Shown here piece after piece: positions 13,974 to 25,729 of a stretch of DNA of 64,000 bases (position 1 is its first letter; each line of letters opens with the position of its first letter). The stretch is from Eledone cirrhosa. Taxonomy: Eukaryota. Below the pieces are notes generated by a model, which was not told where the DNA came from, did no database searches, and was given only the letters and a program-made list of their open reading frames with translations. The position numbers and the translations under genes are program-made. The stretch covers positions 154,752,001-154,816,000 of the forward strand of contig OZ024741.1 in assembly GCA_964016885.1 (NCBI GenBank). Direction: 5' to 3'.

Positions 13974-14119
13974 TATATTCGTGTACAGATATTTTTGCAT
14001 ACACAATAACAAAATATAAACAAACGTATTTATTTCACGAGGCTTGATAAGGATAAATATATATCAAATATATAAGAACACTAGAACAAATCCCGAGCAA
14101 CGCCGGGCCATTCTGGTAG
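12397..14119 (+). mobile_element. Non-autonomous Helitron, split by or carrying nested RTE and other inserts
   Basis: 5' end TCtatatatctaaaacagagaatgtctgtctgtc (12397-~12590) and 3' end cccgagcaacgccgggccattctggTAG-t (14092-14119) match the intact copy at 20208-21000. Confidence 0.6.
12702..13770 (-). mobile_element. 5'-truncated RTE LINE (RT C-terminus, 3' UTR, (GAT)n tail)
   Basis: ORF 13097-13675 (FRYLG...WYGHVMRM...GRPRKTW); (CAT)n at 12702-12728. Confidence 0.93.
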
Positions 14120-14306
14120 TATATATATACACGTATATATTTACATGTTTGCATACACTCACATACATATCATATTCATGTATGTATGCGTATGTATATA
14201 TATGTGTATATATATATATATAAGCTTCGATTTTACTAAGCTTCCACTTATATATATATATATATATATATACATATATAAGCTTCGATTTTACTAAGCT
14301 TCCACT

Positions 14307-14337
<31 letters not shown>

Positions 14338-14371
14338 GTGTGTGTATACACACACACACATATATATATGT

Positions 14372-14552
14372 TTATCCTGGATTCAATTGGGGGTAATCAC
14401 AGTAAGTGAGGTACTCAATACATAGCAGAGTATAAATATTTGATATAGAAATGGCTTCTACAGGACTAGAACTGTTTCATTTGGGCTTTCCTGATGATTT
14501 CTCCCGAATGAAACCGTTCTAGTCCTGTAGATGCCATTTCTATATTAAATAT
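14372..14552. mobile_element. Short PLE-terminus-like fold-back with hammerhead-like core; second copy at 35950-36128
   Basis: Hairpin 14436-14552 containing CTGATGA-tttctcccgaat-GAAA; the same family sequence recurs at 35950-36128 with a different fold-back junction; both sit beside (TA)n. Confidence 0.6.
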
Positions 14553-14597
14553 ATATATATATACACACACACACACATACACATACTCATATATATA

Positions 14598-14757
14598 TCA
14601 TCATCATCATTGTTTAACGTCTATCTTCCACGCTAGCATGGGCTTAGATGGGAATTGTCCCACTTGAGGCAAGATTGGTCGTCTCGCTCGTACAGGATCG
14701 TCTGGCAGGTTTTGTACGGCTGGATGCCCTTCCTAACACCAACCACGTTTACAGTGT
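14598..14757 (-). mobile_element. Solo RTE 3' UTR/tail
   Basis: (cat)n-tgtttaacgtc...ggatgcccttcctaacaccaacc matches the RTE 3' UTR; similar solo tails at ~6355-6600 (-), 8530-8690, 18240-18430, 28260-28650, 28930-29360, 42480-42783 and 58549-58938 (-). Confidence 0.85.
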
Positions 14758-14770
14758 GTATATATATACA

Positions 14771-14828
<58 letters not shown>

Positions 14829-17470
14829 TCCTGAAAGCTAACCTGCTGAAGGCGACAGATGAAACCTGTGGCTGGAGCAGACCTATAGGCAGGAGGAGAG
14901 TAACTTGGTGTGGAACAGTAAGGTGGAGGGGTCAATCAAGGCCAAAAAGCAGGCTTGGAAAGCATGGTGGGATGGGGGAAGTAGAGAAGACTATCAAGTG
15001 GCCAGGAGGGAAGCTAGGAGACAAGTGTACTCCGCAAGAAGGGAAGCAGAGGAAAGAAAGTTCAAGCATGTTCTACAACATGAGGTGTTCAGGATTGCTA
15101 GGCAATGTGTCAAGGAAAACAGTGATATTGTCGGGGAGAAGTGTGTCCTTAATGATGATGGTGTACTTGCCATCACTGACGCTGATAAGAAGGTAGCTTG
15201 GAAGTGTCACTACGAAAGGCTACTAAATGAGGAGAATAATTGGGAGAAAGACAGTCTCCCCCACATCGACCGAATAGAGGGACCAGCAGTGCAAGTTGAA
15301 GGTAGTATAATAAGTAAGGCGATCAAAGACATGAAGACGGGCAAGGCGGCTGGGCCTTCGGAAATAGTTGCTGAAATGCTGAAAGCATCTGGAACGGTGG
15401 GACACACTATGGTCACTCGGATAGTAAACCAAGTCATACAGAATGGGGTCGTTCCGAAGGACTGGCGCAGCAGCATCATCATTAACTGCTACAAGGGTAA
15501 AAGTGATGCCCTAGATAGGGGAAACTATAGAGGCATTAAATTAATTGACCAAGTCATGAAGGTCACAGAAAAAGTAATAGCGCAACTAATCAGAGAGCGA
15601 ATTGATCTAGACGAAATGCAGTTCGGGTTTGTACAAGGTAAAAGTACAACAGACGCTCTCTTCATTGTACGACAACTACAGGAGAAGTACCTAGCTAAAA
15701 GTAAACCCCTATACTTAGCTTTTGTTGACTTGGAGAAAGCCTTTGACAGAGTCTCCCGCACCATTATCTGGTGGGCTCTTAGAAAACTAGGGGTTGATGA
15801 ATGGCTTGTGAGAGCTATACAAGCCACGTATAAAGAAACAGTCAGCAAGGTTAGAATTAACAATGAATATAGTGAAGAGTTTAGCGTAAAAGTTGGTGTT
15901 CATCAGGGCTCCGTCCTTAGCCCCCTATTATTTATTATTGCCCTTCAGGCTATAATAGAGGAGTTCAAGACCGGCTGCCCATGGGAACTCCTATATGCAG
16001 ATGATCTAACGCTCATAGCTGAATCAATGCCGGAACTAGAGAAGAAATTCCAAACATGGAAGCATGGCCTAGAATCAAAAGGCCTTAAAGTTAACTTGTC
16101 TAAGACTAAAGTTCTAGTTTGTAGCAAGGAAAATAAGGCACCGGTCCCATCTGGGAAATGGCCATGCTCAGTATGTAGGAAAGGAGTAGGCAGAAACTCC
16201 ATTTTATGTCCCAAATGCAAAGTATCGGTGCATAAAAGATGTAGTGGGATCACAGGTAAGATAACTAAGAATATAGATTTTATATGTGGCCGGTGCTCTG
16301 GTGCAATAAGTAGCAGCAAGTGCCCACAGAATACTAGCTCATTCCATTGCACCGATGGTTCTATAGAAATAGTGGACAGCTTCCGTTACCTGGGTGACAA
16401 AATCAGCAGTGGGGGAGGGTGCTCTGAAAGTACAGTAGCTAGAGTCAGAACGGAATGGAAAAAGTTCAGAGAGCTTATACCACTATTGGCTGCTAAAGGG
16501 TTCTCTCTAAAAATGAAAGGCAGGCTGTATGATGCCTGCATACGAACAGCAATGTTACATGGCAGTAAGACCTGGGCATTGTGTGCAGAGGATATACGCA
16601 GACTGGAGAGAAACGAAGCTTGCATGCTCCGCTGGATGTGTAATAGTAATATACGTGAACGGCAAAGCATAAACGAACTAAGGGAGAAATCAGGAATAAG
16701 AGGGATCAGATGTTGTTTACTCGAGAGAAGACTACGTTGGTACGGTCATGTGATGCGCATGAAAGACGACAGTTGTATAAAAAAGTGCAGGGCGATAAAA
16801 ATAGACGGTAGCCACCGAGTAGGCAGACCCAGAAAAACCTGGGATGACTTGATAAATTCCGACCTCACACACTTACACCTCTCCAAGACAATGTCACTGG
16901 ACCGAGATCTTTGGCGCTACACAGTTATACAGAAGACCCGCCTTGCCTAAGTACAAAGCGAAACCTACAGTCAGTAGGCACCTCTAACAAAATACACCCC
17001 GTTCCACTACCCCCACCCCATCCACATCACCCCCTTAAATGTGAAGTTATGTTGGTACCACAACATCCAGTCCGAAACAAATGAGGTCGTGTAGGTGTCA
17101 CGACAAAAAAACACACAGTCCATGCTGTAATGTGGCCGTGTAGGTAACACAGTAAAAACCTCCCAGTACACACTGTAAACGTGGTTGGTGTTGGGAAGGG
17201 CACCCAGCCGTAGAAAACCCGCCAAACGTGTAGGTGTCACGACGATAAAACACACAGTCCACGCTGTAATGTGGCCGTGTAGGTAACACGGTAAAAACCT
17301 CCCAGTCCACACTGTAAACGTGGTTGGTGTTAGGAAGGGCATCAGCCGTAGAAAACCCGCCAGACAGTCCTGAGCAAGACAATCAATCTTGTCTCAAGTG
17401 GGACAATTCCCATCCAGACCCATGCTAGTGTGGAAAATGGACGTTAAATGATGATGATGATGATGATGAT
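14829..17470 (+). mobile_element. RTE-type LINE, 5'-truncated (no APE domain), with 3' UTR and (GAT)n tail
   Basis: Starts at (TA)n, contains the 681-aa RT frame, ends ggacgttaaat(gat)n. Confidence 0.95.
14905..16950 (+). CDS. RTE LINE reverse transcriptase (open 681-codon frame, N-terminally truncated) with embedded PHD-type finger
   Basis: Non-LTR RT motifs NYRGIKL, QFGF, FVDLEKAFD, GVHQGSVLSPLLF, YADD, FRYLG; RTE C-terminus RLRWYGHVMRM and GRPRKTW. Confidence 0.92.
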   Translation: MVWNSKVEGSIKAKKQAWKAWWDGGSREDYQVARREARRQVYSARREAEERKFKHVLQHEVFRIARQCVKENSDIVGEKCVLNDDGVLAITDADKKVAWKCHYERLLNEENNWEKDSLPHIDRIEGPAVQVEGSIISKAIKDMKTGKAAGPSEIVAEMLKASGTVGHTMVTRIVNQVIQNGVVPKDWRSSIIINCYKGKSDALDRGNYRGIKLIDQVMKVTEKVIAQLIRERIDLDEMQFGFVQGKSTTDALFIVRQLQEKYLAKSKPLYLAFVDLEKAFDRVSRTIIWWALRKLGVDEWLVRAIQATYKETVSKVRINNEYSEEFSVKVGVHQGSVLSPLLFIIALQAIIEEFKTGCPWELLYADDLTLIAESMPELEKKFQTWKHGLESKGLKVNLSKTKVLVCSKENKAPVPSGKWPCSVCRKGVGRNSILCPKCKVSVHKRCSGITGKITKNIDFICGRCSGAISSSKCPQNTSSFHCTDGSIEIVDSFRYLGDKISSGGGCSESTVARVRTEWKKFRELIPLLAAKGFSLKMKGRLYDACIRTAMLHGSKTWALCAEDIRRLERNEACMLRWMCNSNIRERQSINELREKSGIRGIRCCLLERRLRWYGHVMRMKDDSCIKKCRAIKIDGSHRVGRPRKTWDDLINSDLTHLHLSKTMSLDRDLWRYTVIQKTRLA

Positions 17471-17485
17471 GATATATATATATAT

Positions 17486-18088
17486 GGTGGCTGGCAACTC
17501 GTTTTCGAGTACAGCCACTACTTTATATCCTATGAGAACCCCTACCGATGCGCTGAACGAGTGTGACTTTTTAGTCCAGCCAGCAACTTGAAAACTCTGG
17601 TACAAACAATACACTTGTGACAATTATTGACACATAGTGCTGGGCCGATGGTACCATGTGACAACAAGTGCAGAGAGATCTCCAGATATAAAGCAATGCC
17701 TGTGCCGTGAAGCTTTTATAGTGAGCAAAGGCACTGCACAAAGCCAGTCCCACTCTCTTAACCAAGATGATATTTACCAAAGAGAAGAACAAGTCAACAT
17801 CATTGGATACCATCAGGGTTGCAGGTGTTATATCAGAGTTTTCCTTCTAGAATTCTGCCTTAACAAAGGCTAAGGGTCATCTCTCCTGGTGATTTTTGAT
17901 GGCCATTGACTCTTAAGAGCTCTTTGCACTTTGACAGGTTTTGTTTTTAGTCCTGCAGGATGTCCAAAGTCACCCTCCTCACCAAGAAACCTTGGTGGAG
18001 TTGCCAGTTTAGTCGCCAACGACCCACCCGACCATGAGACAGGTTGTACTGGGATACATGTTACCAGTAGCACCAACTGGTGACCTGA
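17486..18088 (-). mobile_element. Interspersed repeat, possibly the 5' leader of a LINE; second copy at 36608-37005
   Basis: ~400 bp shared at high identity with 36608-37005; both bounded by (TA)n; classification is inferred. Confidence 0.55.
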
Positions 18089-18093
18089 CATAT

Positions 18094-18125
<32 letters not shown>

Positions 18126-20207
18126 GTGTGTGATATATACACACAGACACATATATATGATATATATGTGTGTGTGGTACTAACATATATATATATATAT
18201 ATATGTTAGTACCACAGAACATACAGACCACACTAAAGAAGTCATGTAGCTGTGACGACAAAAAGCACCCAATCCATGCTGTAAAGTGGTTGTGTAGGTG
18301 TCACGGTAAAAAGCTCCCAGTCTATACTGTAAATGTGGTTGGTGTTAGGAAGGGCATCCAGCCGTAGAAACCCTGCCAGATACAGTGCTATGCGAGTGAG
18401 ACACGATCACCTGACCAATCTTGCCTCAAGTGAATATCGGAGGAAATGCTTTGCAGTATTGGTTTCAGCACTACATTTTGAGTTCAAATCCTGCTAAGGT
18501 CAACATTGCCTTTCATCTTACTGGGGTTGATAAAATAAAGTATCAGTCAAGTACTTTCCCTACAAATTTCTGGCCTTGTTCTAATGTTAGAAAACATTGC
18601 TATTATTATCAGTGCAGTGATATTACAGTTGTTTATAGATTATGTGAGGCTCTCATTGTTTAGAATGTCCCTTGGCTTAAAAGGGTTTATGTAATCAATA
18701 CTGGTGATCATTACATAATCAATATTGGTGATCATTATTACCGATTGATTTCTGGTTTGTTTTTCTCTCCATATTAATCACATGGTAACATGTTTTAGTC
18801 TCTGTTAGTAACTGTAGTGATGGTAGTAGTAATAACACATCTTAGTGGCTGTTAGCAACTGTATATGGTAGTATTAAGGGTAGTAATAGTTGTGGTGATG
18901 GTGGGGATGATGATGACAGCAGTGGTGGTTTGGTGATTGTGGGGATGAGGATAGTGTTGATGATGATGGTGATGATGATGATGATAATGTTGATGCCTGT
19001 GGTGATAATGACAATAGTAACGATGATGGTGGTGATGTTAAAAAATTGCAATTGTCAATGCAGTTTCAATGCAATCTTGCTATATTGCATACAATTGCAG
19101 TGCAGCACTGCAACAGTGTTGAAGACAAGAAAGCTATTGATGGTGATTATGATGGTGACAATGCTGCTGCTGCTGATGGTGATGTTGATATTGGTAGTGG
19201 TGGTGAGGACAGTGTTAATGATGATAATGTTGATGCTGGTGATATTAAAAAGTTATAATTATTAATGCAATCTAGCAGCATTGCAGACAATTGCAGTGCA
19301 GCAATGTTGAAGACTAAGAAAGTTGCAGCTGCTATGTTGAATGTAATCAGTTTTTAAACATTGCATAAAGAAAACATCACCTGATCTTTCTTAACCCACT
19401 TGATGCTAAACTACCTGAAACTGCCCCTAGTTCTACATTACAAAACTGTTTCTATTAAAATATTTATATTTATTATAAAACCTTCCATCATAAATTTATG
19501 TCAGAACTTTTAAGTTATGTTCCAAACATCAGCTTAATGAGAAAATTCATTATAATACTAAATCCCTCCAGAATTTTAATTATTTTAAAAATTATTTGAA
19601 AATCATATGCAGTGTCTTTCATTAGAAATATAATAATGAGAGGGTGAAAGTCATATTTATCTAAAAATCTTCCATCCTAATTTTATGTAAGAACCTTCAC
19701 TAAGTTATGTTCTAAGTGACAGCTTAATAATAATTTCTAATTTAGATACAAGCTCAACAATTTGTGTGGGAGGGGTTGTGTGAGTCGATTAAATTGGCCC
19801 CAGTACCTGAATGATACTTTATTTTATTGATCCCGGCAGGATGAAAAGCAAAGTTGACTGTAGCAGGATTTGAACTCAGAATGTAAACTTGGAACAAACA
19901 CCACAAAGAATTTTGTCCAATGCTTTAATAATTCTGCCAATCCACTGCCCTATAGGCCAGCAATTTAGGGAAAAGGGAAAATCAATTATATTGATCCCAG
20001 TTGTTAATGGGTACATTATTTTATTGACTCCTTGGAAGAATGAAAGGCAATATTGACCTCAGCAGGATTTAAAATATCAGCTCAATAATAAGGAAGTTTG
20101 TTATATTACTAAATCCCTCCAAAGATTTGAATATTTTTGAAATGAATTTCAAATCATTGGCAGTGACTTTCATTATCAATGCGATACTGAAAGGGTTAAA
20201 GTGATTA

Positions 20208-21000
20208 TCTATATATCTAAAACAGAGAATGTCTGTCTGTCTGTCTGTCTCCCTAAAACTTGAGAACCACCCAACCAAATTTTCAATGTCCTAGGGACCA
20301 CATTAGGCGAAAAATCGCATATTTTAGGCGTTAAAGGCTATTTTGAGGCATAACGGAACAATAATCCAGGCGATTTCTTCAAAATTTGCATTACTTATGT
20401 CATTTAAAGTGTTTTGAGCAAAAAAGATTTTCTCATTTTTTGCCCCAGGGACCGCATCAAGCAAAAAACCGATTTTTAAAAAGCATTTTGGGTGCGTTAG
20501 GACCTGTAACTAGAGAAGTACCCAACCGATTTTTTAAAAACTTTGCATATACATTACTTATGTTTCACAGATTTTCTTGACTGAAAAAGATTTCAAATTT
20601 TTGCCCGGGAACCGCATTGTTTAGCATTTTGGTTGCATTAGGGCCTGTAACCTTAAAAGTATCCAACTAAATTCCTTCATGCTCTCCACCACTGCAGTCC
20701 CACATGCTTACTGCTCTGTAACTATTGCTTTCATTGTACCATAGCACAACAAATACATGTTCGGTTTGTTGAATGCCATTTTACTTAACCCTATCGTCTT
20801 GGCTTTCGTGGGTTGAACATTTTACTCTCAGGTTAAGTTAAACACCTGGTAATCTACGATACATTTTTTTTATAAGCACAAAATGTAGACACCATTCCCA
20901 GGCCGAAGTATTCCGTACTTCTCTGTACTATTTCAGAAAGGAGCGATAAACATGCCAATCTATGTTTAGAATCCTGAGCAACGCCGGGCCATTCTGCTAG
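20208..21000 (+). mobile_element. Intact non-autonomous Helitron
   Basis: A|TC 5' end, (GTCT)n near the 5' end, subterminal hairpin cctgagcaacgccggg, CTAG|T 3' end, no TSD; removing it restores MITE sequence aaagtgatta|tatttatctaaaatcttccatc. Confidence 0.85.
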
Positions 21001-22048
21001 TATTTATCTAAAATCTTCCATCTAAAAATGTTTATATAAGAATTTCTAATTTATGCTTCAAACACCAGCTTAATAATGAGAACATTATATAACTAAATCC
21101 CACCAAATTTTTGAATATTTTCAAAATTATTTGAAAACCATAGGCAGTGTCTTTCATTAGAAATATGATAACAAAAGGGTTCAACCATAGCCTATGCCTT
21201 TCATTAAAAAGATAGTATCAAGAGGTCTAACAACCCAATTGAATGTCATGTTCAAATAAAACACTTATTGTTATATGTTAAATATGGCCTTACCTCATAT
21301 TAACCCTTTCATTATATTTTTTTTTATACACCAACTACTAGTGGTTAGGGTGTTAGACTCAAGATCTTAAGGTTGTGAGTTTAATTTCTAGACCAGATTG
21401 TCCCTTATGTTTTTGAGCAAAATACTTTCACATTGCTTTTCATGATAAGATTGGAACTCCTATCATTAACCACCTCCCTAGAAACCTCCTATGAAATACA
21501 GCCTCGTTGGAGATTAGTTAAACTTGTATAAGTGTGAGCTGTAAATTTCATTTCATTTTTTTTTTTCACATTCCACACTGCTTGATAATGATAGTATTAT
21601 AGTTTATATGAATTGTTGTTAGATGTGGTTAGGATTGTTTCAGGAAAGCCAGTACAATGACAGTTAGAAATATAAGAGTGAAAACTAGAGTAATGTAAGA
21701 CAAAAAAACAAAAAAAAACAACAAAAAAAACGACAGTTTACACTTTTACCTTATATTTCATGGTATTTCAAGGTCAAATGGAGTCCTAATATCAAAATAT
21801 GAAATATAAGGTAGAAGTGTAAACTACTGTTATATTTTGTTTATCTTACTTTACTGTAGCTTTTACTTTTGTAGTTCTAATTTGCAATAGTAATATCGTA
21901 TTTATGTTTACTTTTCCATGCTAGCATTAGACTTTTTGTGGCAATGTTTTACAATAAAATGCCCTCTTGATGCCAATCTCTTTAATCACTTTTTACAACA
22001 CGAGGATATGGTGTATCTATTGTAAAGATACAGGCATGGATACAGTGT

Positions 22049-24256
22049 ATCATCATCATCATCGTTTAACGTCCATGTTCCACGCTTGCATGGGTTTGGA
22101 CGGGAGTTTTCCCACTTGAGGCAAGAGTGGTTGTCTTGCTCGCATAGGACTGTCTGGCGGGTTTTCTACAGTTGGATGCCCTTCCTAACACCAACCACAT
22201 TTACAGTGTGGGGCTGGGAGGTTTTTACCGTGTTGCCTACACGGCCACATTACAGCGTGGACTGTCTGGCGGGTTTTCTACAGCTGGATGCCCTTCCTAA
22301 CACCAACCACATTTACAGTGTGGGACTGGGAGGTTTTTACCGTGTTGCCTACACGGTCACATTACAGCGTGGACTGTGTTTTTTTGTCGTGACACCTACA
22401 CGATCTCATTTGTTTTGGCCTGGATTTTGTGGCACCAACATAACTTTACATTGAAAGGGGCGGTGTGGGGGTGGTGGGATGGGGGTGTATTTTGTTAGAG
22501 ATGCCTACTGACTGTAGTAGGTTTTACATTGTATTTAGGTAAGGCGGGTCTTCTCTATTACTGAGTACCGCCAAAGGTCTCGGTCCAGTGACATTGTCTT
22601 GGAGAGGTGTAAGTGTGTGAGGTCGAAATTTATCAGCTCGTCCCAGGTTTTTCTGGGTCTGCCTACTCCGTGGCTACCGTCTATCTTTATTGCCCTGCAC
22701 TTTGCTATACAGCTGTCGTCTTTCATGCGCATCACGTGACCATACCAACGTAGCCTTCTCTCGAGTAAACAACATCTGATCCCTTTTATTTCTAATTTTT
22801 TCCTTAGTTCGTTTATGCTTTGCCGTTCACGTATATTACTATTACACATCCAGCGGAGCATGCAAGCTTCGTTCCTCTCTAGTCTGCGTATATCCTCTGC
22901 ACACAATGCCCAGGTCTCACTGCCATGCAACATTGCTGTTCGTATGCAGGCATCATACAACCTGCCTTTCATTTTTAGGGAGAACCCTTTAGCGGTTAAT
23001 AGTGGTATAAGCTCTCTGAACTTTTTCCATCCAGTTCTGACTCTAGCTACTGTACTTTCAGAGCACCCTCCCCTACTGCTGATTTTGTCACCCAGGTAAC
23101 GGAAGCTGTCCACTATTTCTATAGAACCCTCTGCGCAGTTGAAAGAGCTAGTATTTTATGAGCACTTGCTGCTACTTATTGCACCAGAGCACCGGCCACA
23201 TGTAAAATCTGTGTTCTTAGTTAGCTTACCTGTGATCCCACTACATCTTTTATGCACCCATACTTTGCATTTGGGACATAAAATGGAGTTTCTACCTACG
23301 CCTTTCCTACACACTGAGCATGGCCATTTCCCGGAAGGGACCGGCGCCTTATTTTCTTTCCTACAAACTAGAACTTTAGTCTTAGCCAGGTTAATTTTAA
23401 GGCCTTTTGATTCTAGGCCGTGCTTCCATGTTTGGAATTTCTTCTCTAGCTCGGCCATTGATTCAGCTATGAACGTTAGGTCATCTGCGTATAGGAGTTC
23501 CCATGGGCAGCCGGTCTTGAACTCCTCTGTTATAGCCTGAAGAGCAATAATAAATAGTAGGGGGCTAAGAACAGAGCCCTGATGGACACCAACTTTTACG
23601 CTAAACTCTTCACTATATTCGTTGTTAATTCTAACCTTGCTCACTGTTTCTTTATACATGGCTTGTATAGCTCTCACAAGCCATTCATCAACACCTAGTT
23701 TTCTAAGAGCCCAGCAGATAATGGAACGGGGGACTCTGTCGAAGGCTTTCTCCAAGTCGACAAAGGCTAAGTATAGGGGTTTACTTTTAGCTAGGTACTT
23801 CTCCTGTAGTTGTCGTACAATGAAAAGAGCGTCTGTGGTACTTTTGCCTGACACAAACCCGAACTGCATTTCATCTAGATCGATTCTCTCTCTGATTAGT
23901 TGCACTATTACTTTTTCCGTGACCTTCATGACCTGGTCGATTAATTTAATGCCTCTATAGTTACTCCTATATAGGGCGTCTCCTTTACTCTTGTAACAGT
24001 TAATGATGATGCTGCTACGCCAGTCCTTCAGAACAACCCCATTCTGTATGACTTGGTTTACTATCCGGGTGACCATGGTGTGTCCCACCATTCCAGAGGC
24101 CTTCAGCATCTCAGCAACTATTTCCAAAGGCCCAGCCGCCTTACCCGTCTTCATATCTTTGATTGCCTTACTTATTATACTACCTTCAACTAACACTGCT
24201 GGTCCCTCTATTGGGTCGATCTGGGGGAGACTATCCTTCTCGCATTTATTCCCATT
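22049..24256 (-). mobile_element. RTE LINE, 5'-truncated, one premature stop after the PHD finger
   Basis: ORFs 23156-24283 and 22535-23113; 3' UTR with internal duplication; (CAT)n tail. Confidence 0.95.
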
Positions 24257-24527
24257 TGTAGTACTTCTATACCAAATACACACAAATCAATAAGATATGT
24301 ACCAAAGTAAATACTAGTGTCAATGAAATCAACTAAAAACCTTTGAAGAAAGTAGCCTCAGCTTGGCCACTGTCTGAATAATATTAATGTAAATTTCTTT
24401 AAAGTATCTATCTATATATATATATTCAGACCTAACAGATTTGCATTATCGACTGGTTTCAGGAGAAAATAGCTATAACTCAATATTATTCTCTTTGGTC
24501 TAATGTTTTTATTGAAGTTTCCTTTCA

Positions 24528-24990
24528 TATGTCATCACTACAGCAATCACCAGAGATATCGCTACAGATACAATCAGAGTCATCATCACAAATATCATCA
24601 GAAATATCACCAGTGTTATCCTTAGTGATATGATCACAGATATCATCAGATATATCATCAAAGATATCCCCACAAATATAACCACAGATACCACAAGAGA
24701 TATTACCACAAATATCACAAGAGATATCACCAGAGATATCACAGGCATCATCAGAGATATCATCAAAGGTATCACAACTGATAGATATCACCACAGATAT
24801 CATCAGAGGTATCATCAATGGTATCACAACTGATAGATATCACCACAGATATCATCAGAGGTATCATCAACGGTATCACAACTGAAAGATATCACCACTA
24901 ATATCATCAGAGATATCACCACTGATATCATCAGAAATATAACCGGAGGCATCGCCACAAACATAATCAGAGATATCACCAGTGATATCA
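24528..24990. repeat. Degenerate 12-bp tandem repeat (gatatcaccaga / gatatcatcaga)
   Basis: Seen directly; higher-order ~51-bp duplication at 24770-24900. Confidence 0.85.
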
Positions 24991-25023
24991 GTCAGATGTG
25001 AATAACTTACTTCTTGCCAAAAT

Positions 25024-25095
<72 letters not shown>

Positions 25096-25729
25096 ATTAG
25101 ATAGAAAGAGATAGAGAGAAAGAGAGAAATGTACTAAAGACAAGCATACTTTAAATAGCTGTGTAAGTTGTGATTGTATAACACATTGAGTGACAAGATA
25201 CTTTAAATAGCTGTACAAGTGCTGATTGTGCAACACAGCCAGACACGACATATTTTAAATAGATGTAAAGGTTGTTGTTATGTAAAACAGCAACACAAGT
25301 CAGAACAGAACATTTTCTCAATCCAATAATTTAGCTACAATCAAGTAAACATTTAAATATTTTCTAAGTTGAAAAGAAAACAATTCTAGCATGGAACCAG
25401 CTTTGATAATTTTCAAATCTTTTCATATTCATTCTCTCTTTTATTGGGAATGTGTTAATATTTATTTTGATGTCTTTCACTAAGATTGGAAGAATTTCTG
25501 AAAAACCAGAAATGAAAAGAAATGAAAATGGGGAAAATAGATGAAGAGAGGGGAATATATATATTCACATCATCATCACTGCTTAATGTCCATTTTTCCA
25601 CATACGTATGTATGTATGTATGTATGTATGTATGTATGTATGTATGTATGTATGTATGTATGTATGTACGCACGCACGCATGCACGTACGTATGTATGTA
25701 TGTAGAAAAAAAATTGTTTGCATGGAGTT

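Noticed and set aside
15210-16670. Recurrent antisense ORFs within RTE copies (MLILTLLT..., MLCRSR...)
   Set aside because: Shadows of the RT reading frame; they recur because the LINE copies are similar
24509-24833. D/I/S-rich ORFs
   Set aside because: Translations of the 12-bp gatatc tandem repeat
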